In this document: one piece after another, positions 5,910-16,104 of the stretch
Layout of the letters: each line of letters starts with the position of its first letter
How positions within the stretch are numbered: the stretch's first letter is position 1
IMG/VR virus record: IMGVR_UViG_3300021371_000024
Span: 1-50,874 of that record
DNA length: 50,874 bases
Strand: one strand, 5' to 3'
Source: a virus
Lineage: Duplodnaviria > Caudoviricetes
Notes under the pieces: generated by a model
Seen by the model: only the letters and a program-made list of their open reading frames with translations
What the model was told of the DNA's origin: nothing
The model's database searches: none
Translations under genes and position numbers: made by a program

Positions 5910-6758
5910 ATGGCTTTTGATATTATTAACAACGACATCATCCCTGAGTACATGGACTTTGAGGTTGAGTTTGAACCTACCAAAGTAAAGGACAAGAAGT
6001 ATGTCATCAATGCTACATCAGGTGAGTATCTTGGTGTAGTAGGTAGCACGTTTACTTGTGCATCACATGGTGACTTCTATCGTGGTGTCCTTGACACAGT
6101 GACTGAGGAACTATCCTTTGATGAAGTAAAGGATGCAAAAATGAACTGGCGTACCGCACGTAATGGTGCATGGGCTATGCTTGACATCACCCTGCCCAAC
6201 ATGAAGACTGTCATTGAGACAGACAAACACAGCACAGAGATTGGCAATCGTATTATATCATTACATGGTATTGATGGATCATGCAGCAATCAGGTGTACT
6301 TTGGTGCCATTGATTTCTTTTGTACCAATGGTATGATTAGAGGAGAGTATGACAAAGTGCGTAAGAAGAACACATCTAACTTTACTATGGAAAGTTTTAT
6401 CTATGAACTGACACGTGCACGTAAGGACTTCTACGAAGAAGCCAGCAAGATGCAAGTGTGGGCACAAACTGACCTCACGTATGTAGATGTAAGCTCACTG
6501 CTTGACAGCATGATTTCATCTAGCCGTAAAGCTGAGAAGATGTACAGCTTGTATATGCAAGAGGCTTCACAGCGTGGGCATAACAAGTGGGCACTGTATT
6601 CTGCCTTTACCAACTATGCCTCGTATGCTGATGAACGTAACGGTTTCAACTTGCGTAACACAGGCAACGACACACAAGCTGTAAGCATGTGGTCACGTGA
6701 GCAAGAGGTATCTAAGTTGGTATCTGATGATCGTTTCATTCAGTTGGAGGCTGCGTAA
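5910..6758 (+). CDS. DUF932-family protein
   Basis: LGVVG..., HGIDGS...FFCTNG, W.LYSAFTNY motifs. Confidence 0.75.
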   Translation: MAFDIINNDIIPEYMDFEVEFEPTKVKDKKYVINATSGEYLGVVGSTFTCASHGDFYRGVLDTVTEELSFDEVKDAKMNWRTARNGAWAMLDITLPNMKTVIETDKHSTEIGNRIISLHGIDGSCSNQVYFGAIDFFCTNGMIRGEYDKVRKKNTSNFTMESFIYELTRARKDFYEEASKMQVWAQTDLTYVDVSSLLDSMISSSRKAEKMYSLYMQEASQRGHNKWALYSAFTNYASYADERNGFNLRNTGNDTQAVSMWSREQEVSKLVSDDRFIQLEAA

Positions 6759-7850
6759 TTGCCTAAACTTCCACGCTATGTACAAGAAAGAGTATCACCC
6801 TCTGGGGTGATCTCATACCGCTTCAACCCACCTCAGATGCTAGTCGATGAGGGTCTAGTCAAACGAGAGGAGTATGGGAGTGACCTAAAACAGGTGCGAC
6901 AGATTGTTCGTAAGCACAACAAGGCTATTGATGTGTGGCGTGAAGAACAACTTAAGGTTGGGCACATCAAGTCGAACAGCAAGGTCACAGATCTTATTAA
7001 CTTTTACTACAGGTCTAACGATTTCAATATGTTACGTGACTCTACTAAGGTAGATTACAGGTACTTTCTTACCATACTACACCAGACAATGGGTGGTCGT
7101 AAGTTTGAACACGTTACCGCTAAGGTTGCAAAGAGAGCATATGAGGAATGGGTCAAACGCGGCGTCAGTTTTGCCAACCATGCGGCAACCTGTGCAAGTA
7201 GGGTGTACAACTATGCGATACAGATGGAGCATACTGCGTACAATCCTTGGGCTAACATCAAGCGTAAGTCTCCACCTCAACGTAAGGTGGTATGGACACA
7301 CGACAATGTGGTTAGATTTCTTGAGGTTGCTTACAGTGACTTTGAGTACAGGAGTGTGGGTCTGATTGTTCAGATGGCATACGAGTGGTGTCAGCGACTA
7401 GGTGACATGCGTATGCTACAGTGGCATAGCCTAGACCTTGAAGGTAAGAGGCTTAACCTTGAGCAGAGTAAGCGTAGATCTGATGTGTCACTACCAATAT
7501 CAGATGATCTGTGTGATATGTTGAAGGAGCAACAGGCTATGTACCAGACGCTTACCCATTTCGTAGTACCCCATCCTAGACCTATGGGTAGGGTATATAA
7601 ACCTTATGCTATGGAACGACTATCCAAAGTGGGTAGAAGGGTCATGCGGTTAGCTGAACTACCAGAAGAGCTACGTCTTATGGACTTGCGTAGGACTGGT
7701 GTAACACAGATGGTTGAGGCAGGTGTACCATTGCCCCAAGTTATGGCAGTGACAGGGCACAATCATGTGTCTTCTGTGAAACCATACGTGAAACATACTT
7801 ACGTCAGTGCAAATAATGCATTGACACAACGAAACGAATCACTTATATAA
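6759..7850 (+). CDS. int: tyrosine recombinase/integrase
   Basis: TTG start with GGAGG RBS; catalytic R (CQRLGD), K (QSKR), DLRRT, TGH, Y (KPYV). Confidence 0.85.
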   Translation: MPKLPRYVQERVSPSGVISYRFNPPQMLVDEGLVKREEYGSDLKQVRQIVRKHNKAIDVWREEQLKVGHIKSNSKVTDLINFYYRSNDFNMLRDSTKVDYRYFLTILHQTMGGRKFEHVTAKVAKRAYEEWVKRGVSFANHAATCASRVYNYAIQMEHTAYNPWANIKRKSPPQRKVVWTHDNVVRFLEVAYSDFEYRSVGLIVQMAYEWCQRLGDMRMLQWHSLDLEGKRLNLEQSKRRSDVSLPISDDLCDMLKEQQAMYQTLTHFVVPHPRPMGRVYKPYAMERLSKVGRRVMRLAELPEELRLMDLRRTGVTQMVEAGVPLPQVMAVTGHNHVSSVKPYVKHTYVSANNALTQRNESLI

Positions 7851-7851
7851 T
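7821..7851 (+). promoter_or_regulatory. putative sigma70 promoter for primase/helicase
   Basis: TTGACA at 7821 followed 17-19 bp later by TATATAAT. Confidence 0.5.
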
Positions 7852-7884
7852 CGAACTAAGTGAGCAACATAGAAAGATTATACA

Positions 7885-8652
7885 ATGAATATTAACAGTA
7901 TACTAAATACTATATCACTATCTAATGGTGAAACTAAACGTATGACATGTCCTAAATGTAATGGGCGTAATACGTTTACGATCACTAACAATATGGGATC
8001 TATTATTTGGAACTGTTACAAGGCTGGGTGCGGTACATCAGGTGGTACTCGTACTCAGCTATCTGCTGATGACATACGTAAGAGCTTAGGTGCTGTTGCA
8101 GAAGAGACACACGCTGTATCTTTTTCCAAGCCAGACTATTTGGTGCGGGATCACTTCAAGATACGTGACTTCTGTGACAAATGGGATCTTGACCCCAAGA
8201 TATTGGGTCTTATGTATGACGTAAAAGAACATCGTGTAGTGTTTCCTGTTATACACGATGGAGTAATGGTCGATGCCACAGGCAGAGCGTTAGGCAACCG
8301 CCTTCCTAAGTGGAAACGCTATGGAAAAAACAGATTGCCCTACGCTCATGGATGTGGTAAAACGGCTGTAGTGGTTGAGGACTGCGTAAGTGCAGCGGCT
8401 ATTGGTAGTGATGTATTTGTCGGGGTGGCAGTGTTGGGTACATCACTAACTGACGCACACAAAACGTACTTGTCGCAGTTCTCAACTATTATTATTGCGC
8501 TTGACCCTGACGCACTACCTAAGACACTGCAATTTGCAAGAGAATTACGTGGCTACGTATCCACGATAAAAGTTTTACGTATCAATGACGATCTAAAGTA
8601 TCGTGACCCCACAGACATACTAAGTCTGACAACACTAGGAGATAATGTATAA
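7885..8652 (+). CDS. DNA primase
   Basis: N-terminal Zn finger CPKC...CYKAGC; TOPRIM VVEDCVSA and ALDPDA. Confidence 0.9.
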   Translation: MNINSILNTISLSNGETKRMTCPKCNGRNTFTITNNMGSIIWNCYKAGCGTSGGTRTQLSADDIRKSLGAVAEETHAVSFSKPDYLVRDHFKIRDFCDKWDLDPKILGLMYDVKEHRVVFPVIHDGVMVDATGRALGNRLPKWKRYGKNRLPYAHGCGKTAVVVEDCVSAAAIGSDVFVGVAVLGTSLTDAHKTYLSQFSTIIIALDPDALPKTLQFARELRGYVSTIKVLRINDDLKYRDPTDILSLTTLGDNV

Positions 8653-9875
8653 TGGAACTATCACTCATCCGCAGTCTTATGGACAAGGAATTTTACGACG
8701 AGCATCGTGGTGCACGTTGTCCTGATCGCCTGTTCAGTAAAGACGTTCAGAAGATCAAGCAGTCTATTGATAAGGCTATGATAACCTACGAGCGTAGCAT
8801 CACCCCTGCTGAGATTGAAGCCTTGTTTATGGCTAACAACCCTACGCTTACTACAGCACAGAAACAGGCGTACTCTGCCTTGTTCTACAAGGTAGCCAAA
8901 GAAGTACCTATGGGCAGTGACGTAGCACAAGAGGTGTTATCTAAACTATTCCAACAGGTAATTGGTGAGGACATTGCCAACCTTGGTTTTGATTACGTCA
9001 ACGGTAGCAAGTCTACGTTGGAGCCATTGCGGCTTATGCTTGAGCAATACGGCGATGACTTCACACCTAACCTCAAGGTGGAGTGGGAAGACATTGACCT
9101 TGACACTATCCTTGCACTCAATGACCTTGAGACACGTTGGACATTCAACATCCCAACCCTTACACGTAAGGTTGAGGGCATCAACGCTGGTCACTTAGTA
9201 GAGGTAGGTGCCCGTCCTAACACAGGTAAGACATCCTTCCACGCCTCACTTGTAGCTGGGCCTAATGGCTTCTGCGAACAGGGTGCACGTGTCGTTATCA
9301 TGTGCAATGAAGAAGGCTATCATCGTGTAGTACACCGCTACATTACAGCGTGTACTGGTATGGACAAGTATGAGGTAGCTAAGAACAGAGACAAGGCTCT
9401 AGCTATGTTCAACAAGATACGTCCACAGTTGATGTTCAAGGATGCAACAGGACGCGACATGAACTGGGTCGAGTCTGTGTGCAAGTCATACAAACCTGAC
9501 ATAGTTATACTAGACATGGGTGACAAGTTTGCTCGCACTGCTGGCTTCTCACGTCCTGACGAAGCACTCAAAGCTAACGCTATTCATGCAAGGCAGATCG
9601 CCAAGCAACAAGAGTGCGCTATGTTCTACATGTCGCAGCTATCTGCTGATGCAGAGGGTAAGGTTGTACTCAACCAAGCTATGATGGAAGGCTCACGTAC
9701 AGGTAAGGCAGCGGAAGCTGACCTGATGTTGATGATTTCTAAGAACCCTACAGTTGAGGGGCAAGAGGAAGAAGATAACCAACGCCACATCAATGTGGTA
9801 AAGAACAAATTGTCAGGGTGGCATGGGATTGTACACACTGATCTGGAATACAAGATAGGAAGGTACGTAGCATGA
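8652..9875 (+). CDS. DnaB-like replicative helicase
   Basis: Walker A GARPNTGKT, VILD, SQLS, KNK motifs. Confidence 0.92.
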   Translation: MELSLIRSLMDKEFYDEHRGARCPDRLFSKDVQKIKQSIDKAMITYERSITPAEIEALFMANNPTLTTAQKQAYSALFYKVAKEVPMGSDVAQEVLSKLFQQVIGEDIANLGFDYVNGSKSTLEPLRLMLEQYGDDFTPNLKVEWEDIDLDTILALNDLETRWTFNIPTLTRKVEGINAGHLVEVGARPNTGKTSFHASLVAGPNGFCEQGARVVIMCNEEGYHRVVHRYITACTGMDKYEVAKNRDKALAMFNKIRPQLMFKDATGRDMNWVESVCKSYKPDIVILDMGDKFARTAGFSRPDEALKANAIHARQIAKQQECAMFYMSQLSADAEGKVVLNQAMMEGSRTGKAAEADLMLMISKNPTVEGQEEEDNQRHINVVKNKLSGWHGIVHTDLEYKIGRYVA

Positions 9876-10105
9876 GAGATTCGTTAATGAAATATATATT
9901 AGTTATGCCTTATGATGCGTGGGAACCAGAGTACGGCGATGTCGAAAAGCATGACTATACTTTTTTTGAAACGCCTGAAAAAGCTATGAAGTATCTGCAC
10001 GATAATATATATGATGCGTATAATGAATATCCTTTGAGATATGAAACGTGGAAAGAGTGGGCAGAAAAACAAGACATTTATTTATATGAGAGGAGTGCAG
10101 TATGA
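9872..10105 (+). CDS. hypothetical protein
   Basis: 77 aa, AT-rich, ATGA overlaps on both sides. Confidence 0.65.
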   Translation: MRDSLMKYILVMPYDAWEPEYGDVEKHDYTFFETPEKAMKYLHDNIYDAYNEYPLRYETWKEWAEKQDIYLYERSAV

Positions 10106-10746
10106 TACAAACATTTTATGTAGATCACATGGGTACAGATTTATCTGTGGCTAATGCGGCAAGAGTAAGTTTTGGTAAGCGTAGCGAGATGGATACGAGT
10201 GACGTATGGGGGCCACCTAAGCTGAAAGACAAAGATGCAAAGCTCATACGTTACTTAGCTAAGCACAAACACATCAGCCCCTTTGGGCATTGCTTCGCAT
10301 CCTTCCACGTTAAAGCACCAGTGTTTGTCGCTAGGCAATTAGTTAAACATAAGTTCCTACGTTGGAATGAAATAAGTAGGAGATACGTGGACGATGAGCC
10401 TGAGTTTTACACACCAACTGTATGGCGTGGACGTAGCGCTGATAAGAAGCAAGGTAGTGCAGGTAACGTAACTGTATCTGACAACGGCTTTAATGAAATT
10501 GCAATGACTGAGTATGAGTTCCTACTAGACGTAGGGGTATGTCCTGAACAAGCCCGTATGGTGCTGCCACAGAGCATGGTCACTGAGTGGTACTGGTCAG
10601 GTAGCTTGGATGCATTTGCTGACATGTGTAACCTACGCTGTAAGCCTGACACCCAGTATGAGACACAAATTGTAGCTGGGCACATTGACACAGAGATGTT
10701 TAAACTATTTCCTGTGTCGTGGATGGCATTGAGGGAGAACGAATGA
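10102..10746 (+). CDS. thyX: flavin-dependent thymidylate synthase
   Basis: AARVS, HISPF, RQLVKH...NEISRRY, EQARMVLP motifs. Confidence 0.93.
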   Translation: MIQTFYVDHMGTDLSVANAARVSFGKRSEMDTSDVWGPPKLKDKDAKLIRYLAKHKHISPFGHCFASFHVKAPVFVARQLVKHKFLRWNEISRRYVDDEPEFYTPTVWRGRSADKKQGSAGNVTVSDNGFNEIAMTEYEFLLDVGVCPEQARMVLPQSMVTEWYWSGSLDAFADMCNLRCKPDTQYETQIVAGHIDTEMFKLFPVSWMALRENE

Positions 10747-10961
10747 TGAATGAAATAAAAGTAACAGACATAGAAGAACACGAGGATGGCAGTGCTACAC
10801 TACAAGTAGAGTGTGACCCTAAGATATTCGCAGCTATCTTTAACGCAGGGTTTGTTGAGTTAATAAAAAAAGGTCTGGAAGGTGAGCAGTGGCAGACCTG
10901 TGTAAGCTGCGGTGGCCCAGCGCTGAGTGACATGTGTGGCTTCTGCTTAAAGGAAGAGTAA
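10743..10961 (+). CDS. hypothetical protein with C-terminal Zn finger
   Basis: EHEDGSAT motif; CVSC...CGFC; RBS GGGAG. Confidence 0.65.
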   Translation: MMNEIKVTDIEEHEDGSATLQVECDPKIFAAIFNAGFVELIKKGLEGEQWQTCVSCGGPALSDMCGFCLKEE

Positions 10962-10962
10962 T

Positions 10963-11217
10963 ATGATTAGACCTATGACACAAGAAGAAAGAGAACGTGC
11001 AACTGAGAGGAGACTTAGTAATATGACTACAGCAAAATCAATATGTGAGATACGTTTACACAATGCAATGGTACGTAACAAACTTACACTAGAGGAGTGC
11101 ATAAATGCCATAGATACTTTTGCAGAAGATAAAAAGTTTCACGAGCATCTTGACAAGGTATACAAGAATGGAATAGAAGATGATTGGGATACATGGCATG
11201 ATGGCAATATAGCTTAG
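10963..11217 (+). CDS. hypothetical protein
   Basis: 84 aa, RBS AAGGAAG. Confidence 0.6.
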   Translation: MIRPMTQEERERATERRLSNMTTAKSICEIRLHNAMVRNKLTLEECINAIDTFAEDKKFHEHLDKVYKNGIEDDWDTWHDGNIA

Positions 11218-11225
11218 GAGATAAT

Positions 11226-13268
11226 ATGATACTGACCCTCGACGTAGAAAACACAACAGTAAAACGAAACAAGAAACTACACCTAGATCCATTTGAACCA
11301 GAGAACTCTTTGGTTATGGTGGGTATGTTAGGTACTGATGGCACTACAGATGTGATTACATTTGATCATGCAGATGTAGAGCCTACCCCTGATGGGCATA
11401 AGATGGTACAAGACACGCTTGACCTTACTACACTGCTCATTGCTCACAATGCTACACACGATCTAGTATGGTTGTGGGAATCAGGCTTCACATATGATGG
11501 GCCTGTTTACGACACCATGCTGGGTGAGTATGTATTGCAGCGTGGACAGAAAGAACCTCTGTCACTTGAGGCATGTGCTGAACGCCATGAGCTTGAGACA
11601 CAGAAGCAGGACAGCCTCAAGGCATGGCTCAAGGATGGTAAGTCAGTACGTGAGATGCCACATGACGAACTATCTTCATACCTAATCTCTGACCTACAGG
11701 CTACGTACCAGTTGTATCAGAATCAGGGCGCACGTTATGAAGAGTCCAAAGGTCTTATACCTACACTCAAGCTAACGCAGCAACTTGTTGTTCACCTTGC
11801 CCGTATCTATCAGCGGGGCTTCAAGGTTGACATGGAAGAGTTGTACAGAGTTAAGGATGACTTTGAACGTGAGCGTAATGAGCTACTGTTTGCCTTAGAA
11901 GAACAGGCCAGTGATCTAATGGGTGACAGACCTATCAACGTCAACAGCACAGAGCAGTTGTCTATGGTTATATACAGCCGCAAGCCATACGACAAGAAGG
12001 TTTGGTCTGACCTGTTTGACGAGCGTATGCCTGACTCTGAGTACAGATCTACTGTTACGCAACACTCAGAGAAACTATTCAAGCAGAAGGCACATCAATG
12101 CAGAGACTGCTATGGTACTGGTCAGATACGAAAGGTAAAGAAAGATGGAACTCCATTCGCTAGAACTAATAGATGTAATAACTGTGACGCTACTGGCTTT
12201 GTATACACTGATACCAACGCTGTTGCTGGACTGAGGTTCGTTGCACCTACAGCTAAGTGGATCAGCAACGCTGGCTGGGGCACCAGTAAAGACAATCTCG
12301 TACACCTTGAGAGTGTAGCTAGGTCTAAGGGCATGAAGGATGCGGAACGTTTCTTACAGAATGTACGCAGACTATCTGCTGTCGAGACTTACCTTAAGAG
12401 TTTTGTTGGTGGTATCGAAGACTTCACTAAGTCTAACGGTATGCTGCACGTGAACTTGCAACAGCACCGCACCTCTACTGGTCGGTTGTCAGGTCGCAAT
12501 CCTAACATGCAGAACATGCCACGTGGTGGTACGTTCCCAGTCAAACGTGTATTCATATCACGTTGGGAAGGCGGTAAAGTTATTGAAGCTGACATGGCCC
12601 AGCTTGAGTTTCGTGTCGCTGCATTCCTAGCGCAAGACGCTACAGCTATCAAAGAAGTGTCTACGGGCTTCGACGTTCATAGCTACACCGCCAAGGTTAT
12701 CAGTGAGGCGGGTCAGCCTATGACCAGACAGGAAGCCAAGGCTCACACATTCGCACCCTTGTATGGTGCAAGTGGCTTTGGTAGGTCTAAGGCAGAGGCT
12801 GCATACTACAACCAGTTCACTACTAAGTACTCAGGTATTGGTATGTGGCATCAGGCTCTAGCCAAAGAGGCACTCAACACAGGCAAGATCACTACACCAT
12901 CTGGACGTGAGTTCGCATTCCCAGATGTAACCAGACGTAAGCATGGGGGTGTGACATTTTTCACACAGATTAAAAATTATCCTGTGCAATCGTTCGCAAC
13001 CGCTGACATCGTACCTATATCTCTGATATATGTAGACAAGATGCTTACAGCTAACAAGATGCAATCATGTGTCGTAAACTCTGTACACGATTCCTTAGTG
13101 ATAGATGTACACCCAGACGAAGAGGACAAAGTACTACGCATTATCAACTCTGCCAACGACAGGTTAGCAGAACTGGTAAATGTTAAGTGGGGTATAGACT
13201 TTAACGTACCCTTATTATTAGAAGCAAAGATAGGGCCAAATTGGCTTGACACAAAAGACGTACTGTGA
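11226..13268 (+). CDS. family A DNA polymerase with DnaJ-type zinc-finger insertion
   Basis: Exo motifs LDVE, HNATHD, YDTM; CRDCYGTG...CNNCDATG insert; motifs A (DMAQLE), B (RQEAKAHTFAPLYG), C (VHDS). Confidence 0.95.
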   Translation: MILTLDVENTTVKRNKKLHLDPFEPENSLVMVGMLGTDGTTDVITFDHADVEPTPDGHKMVQDTLDLTTLLIAHNATHDLVWLWESGFTYDGPVYDTMLGEYVLQRGQKEPLSLEACAERHELETQKQDSLKAWLKDGKSVREMPHDELSSYLISDLQATYQLYQNQGARYEESKGLIPTLKLTQQLVVHLARIYQRGFKVDMEELYRVKDDFERERNELLFALEEQASDLMGDRPINVNSTEQLSMVIYSRKPYDKKVWSDLFDERMPDSEYRSTVTQHSEKLFKQKAHQCRDCYGTGQIRKVKKDGTPFARTNRCNNCDATGFVYTDTNAVAGLRFVAPTAKWISNAGWGTSKDNLVHLESVARSKGMKDAERFLQNVRRLSAVETYLKSFVGGIEDFTKSNGMLHVNLQQHRTSTGRLSGRNPNMQNMPRGGTFPVKRVFISRWEGGKVIEADMAQLEFRVAAFLAQDATAIKEVSTGFDVHSYTAKVISEAGQPMTRQEAKAHTFAPLYGASGFGRSKAEAAYYNQFTTKYSGIGMWHQALAKEALNTGKITTPSGREFAFPDVTRRKHGGVTFFTQIKNYPVQSFATADIVPISLIYVDKMLTANKMQSCVVNSVHDSLVIDVHPDEEDKVLRIINSANDRLAELVNVKWGIDFNVPLLLEAKIGPNWLDTKDVL

Positions 13269-13274
13269 TATAAC
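13246..13274 (+). promoter_or_regulatory. sigma70 promoter
   Basis: TTGACA-17 bp-TATAAC with extended -10 TG. Confidence 0.75.
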
Positions 13275-13312
13275 CACCGTCTGTCTTAAATGAAATATAG
13301 GAGAATATAAAC

Positions 13313-14209
13313 ATGACACAAGTAACAACAGCAACAGATAACTATGCAGCAATGGCCCAGCAGATGGGTATGTCAACCGCTATGCCTTCCTCTGAGAAGA
13401 AGAAGTCTAGCAACCTTCCACGTTTGCGTATCCACCACAACCCATTGATGGGTGAGATGGAAGTAAAAGATAAGATGGTAAAGGTTGAGGTAGTCGATGG
13501 TGGTACATACAAACTAGAAGTACCAGAAGATCAGACCTACTATGCTACTAGTGCAATCATTCGTCCATTCTTGCAGCGCTTTATGTACAAGCGTTTCATC
13601 ATGGGCACTGATAACTCACCTAATCGTTATGTCAAAACTGTTATGGCTAATGACCTTAACAGTGACATGAAGGACAACGATGGCGGCTTCAACTGTGGTA
13701 AACCCTCTGGTTGGATTGAAGACTTCGCTGCGTTGCCTGACACGATGAAGGATCTTATTCGTTCTATCAAACGAGCGCGTGTTCTGCTTGGTACAGTAGA
13801 GCTTGTAGATCCTGTAGATGAAGATGGTAACAGCGTAACACTTGCGCCTAGCCCATTCATCTGGGAGATTGAGAATCGTGACGCCTTCAAAACAGTTGGC
13901 GGCATCTTTACTCAACTCTCAAAAATGCGGCACCTACCACCGCAGCACAACTTCATTGCTACGACAGAGAAGCGTGAGCTACCTAACGGTAATTGCTTTT
14001 ACCTTCCTAAAGTGCAGTTAGATGCTTCAAAGACTATCGACATTTCAGATAGTGAATCACAAGAAACGTTGGCTAACTTTCTAGCTTGGATCGCAAACTA
14101 TAACGAGTACATCTTAGGTGCTTGGGATGAAAACAAGCATAAGAATGATGACGTTGATGAAGATCTTGTTGACTCTTTCGTTGACATCGACGCTGACGAG
14201 TTCGTGTAA
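13313..14209 (+). CDS. putative single-stranded DNA-binding protein
   Basis: Position after polymerase, own promoter, acidic C-terminal tail ending DADEFV. Confidence 0.55.
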   Translation: MTQVTTATDNYAAMAQQMGMSTAMPSSEKKKSSNLPRLRIHHNPLMGEMEVKDKMVKVEVVDGGTYKLEVPEDQTYYATSAIIRPFLQRFMYKRFIMGTDNSPNRYVKTVMANDLNSDMKDNDGGFNCGKPSGWIEDFAALPDTMKDLIRSIKRARVLLGTVELVDPVDEDGNSVTLAPSPFIWEIENRDAFKTVGGIFTQLSKMRHLPPQHNFIATTEKRELPNGNCFYLPKVQLDASKTIDISDSESQETLANFLAWIANYNEYILGAWDENKHKNDDVDEDLVDSFVDIDADEFV

Positions 14210-15048
14210 TGAACCATCCTGCTGAACTGTCTATTCATTCTTACTTGGTCAATGCGACTAAGGGTGAGTCCTCTATGTCAGAGGAAACCATCCAACAAGT
14301 AGGCGCAGAAGTTATGGAAGCAATGCGTAAACAGTTTGGTGGGGGCAATAAGCGTGACGGGTTTCGCTTACGTATGTCTAACATAGGTAGGCCAACCTGT
14401 CAGCTTTGGTTTGAGAAGAACAAGCCAGAGACTGCGTTGCCCAAGCCAACCACATTTGTAATGAACATGTTACTAGGAGATATAGTTGAGGCTGCTTTCA
14501 AGGGCATATTAAAAGAAGCAGGTGTATCATATCGTGATGCAGAACATGTGACGCTTGAGTTAGACAAGACAAAAGTAAATGGTACGTATGATCTAATTAT
14601 AGACGGTGCCGTAGACGATGTTAAGTCTGCCTCTGATTGGAGTTACAGAAACAAGTTCGAGTCTTTTGATACACTAAAGAACAGTGATCCATTTGGATAT
14701 GTAGGACAGTTAGCTGGCTACGCTAAGGCATCAGGCACTAAGGCTGGTGGCTGGTGGGTAGTAAATAAAGCTAATGGAAATATTAAATATGTTCCTGCTG
14801 ATACCCTTGACATGGAAGAAGAAATCACTACATTAAATAAGACAGTCGATACTGTCGAGAGTAATGAGTTTAAACGTTGCTTCAGCCCTGTACCTGAAAC
14901 ATTCAGGGGGAAGGCAACGGGTAATACCATTCTCAATGATAGCTGTAAGTTCTGTGACTACAGGTTCAGTTGCTTTGAAGGGTTGACAGAGACTGAATCA
15001 CGAGTGTCACAGGCTAAGAACAAACCTACAGTTGCGTACATAGATTAA
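14209..15048 (+). CDS. PD-(D/E)XK exonuclease (Cas4/RecB-like)
   Basis: RMSNIGRPTCQLW, GTYDL...DDVKS, QLAGY, CKFCDY motifs. Confidence 0.8.
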   Translation: MNHPAELSIHSYLVNATKGESSMSEETIQQVGAEVMEAMRKQFGGGNKRDGFRLRMSNIGRPTCQLWFEKNKPETALPKPTTFVMNMLLGDIVEAAFKGILKEAGVSYRDAEHVTLELDKTKVNGTYDLIIDGAVDDVKSASDWSYRNKFESFDTLKNSDPFGYVGQLAGYAKASGTKAGGWWVVNKANGNIKYVPADTLDMEEEITTLNKTVDTVESNEFKRCFSPVPETFRGKATGNTILNDSCKFCDYRFSCFEGLTETESRVSQAKNKPTVAYID

Positions 15049-15059
15049 AGGAGAAACAT

Positions 15060-15287
15060 ATGTTAGGTGATGACGAAATTAAAGAGATGCAGGATCAGAT
15101 TACTGCTATGGAAAAGGATCTTGCGGAGCGTAAGAAGCAGCTACACGAAGCTAGGTATGCAGGACTACGTTCAGCTATGGAAGCACGTAAGGCTGCAGAC
15201 GATGCGGTGCGACAAGAGCTACGGTCATTAGGTGTATCTACTGTAAGTAGTTTGCCTAGTCCTTGGAATGGGTTGTGGCGTATCTAA
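15060..15287 (+). CDS. hypothetical coiled-coil protein
   Basis: 75 aa, RBS AAGGAG. Confidence 0.7.
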   Translation: MLGDDEIKEMQDQITAMEKDLAERKKQLHEARYAGLRSAMEARKAADDAVRQELRSLGVSTVSSLPSPWNGLWRI

Positions 15288-15740
15288 ATGCGGGGTAAGC
15301 AATACTCTGCTGCCCTAAAACATGGGTATAGGAGTGGTCTTGAGGTAAGAAACAAAGACTATCTTAACGAACTTGGACATCCCTTCAAGTACGAAGCTAT
15401 TAAGATAGAGTGGGAAGACCTCATGTACCGCACCTATACTCCTGACTTTATTTTAAAGAATGGTATTATCATTGAAACTAAAGGCAGGTTTACAGCAGAC
15501 GATAGGCGCAAACATTTAATGATACAGAAGCAACATCCTAAGTTGGATATACGTTTCGTATTTACCAGTAGCAGAGCTAAACTAAGTAAGGGTGCTAAGA
15601 CTACGTATGGACAGTGGTGCGAGAAGAATAAATTCCTGTACCATGATCGCATTATTCCAGAGGAATGGCTGCACGAAAAGGGTAAGGATAAACATCCACC
15701 CTTGATACAGTTCCCTCTAAAGAAAATAAAAAGGAGATAA
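15288..15740 (+). CDS. T7 endonuclease I-like Holliday junction resolvase
   Basis: YRSGLE, YTPDF, IETKGRF, DIRFVF, YGQWC motifs. Confidence 0.9.
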   Translation: MRGKQYSAALKHGYRSGLEVRNKDYLNELGHPFKYEAIKIEWEDLMYRTYTPDFILKNGIIIETKGRFTADDRRKHLMIQKQHPKLDIRFVFTSSRAKLSKGAKTTYGQWCEKNKFLYHDRIIPEEWLHEKGKDKHPPLIQFPLKKIKRR

Positions 15741-15741
15741 C

Positions 15742-16104
15742 ATGAGCGGTGAAAAAATATTTATGGACTTTGATCAGAACGATTACATCATACGACTAAG
15801 CCCCTTCTTAAATAAAAAAGGTGAGTGGACAGGAGAAATAATGGTAGGCACTTGCACTACAGATGACAATGTGTTATCAGACTTTGACCATGCACAACTA
15901 ATGAAGCTGTCTCATATGATGTGTGCGTCACTTCCTGTAATGGAAGAAGACTCAGCGGTACGTAGGTTACTAGAGAATGAGGTAGAGCGAACCATTGATG
16001 ATGCACTAGAGGAAGAAAAGGAAAAGCCAGCCATTGAGGTTGCAGGAGTTTCAGATAATGTAATATCTGTATTATTTAATAGCAAAGGAGACACAGATGG
16101 TTGA
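15742..16104 (+). CDS. hypothetical protein
   Basis: 120 aa, RBS AAGGAG. Confidence 0.7.
   Translation: MSGEKIFMDFDQNDYIIRLSPFLNKKGEWTGEIMVGTCTTDDNVLSDFDHAQLMKLSHMMCASLPVMEEDSAVRRLLENEVERTIDDALEEEKEKPAIEVAGVSDNVISVLFNSKGDTDG

Noticed and set aside
7851-7884. attP site downstream of the integrase
   Set aside because: Only 34 bp, occupied by promoter/RBS signals, with no recognisable tRNA-derived core.
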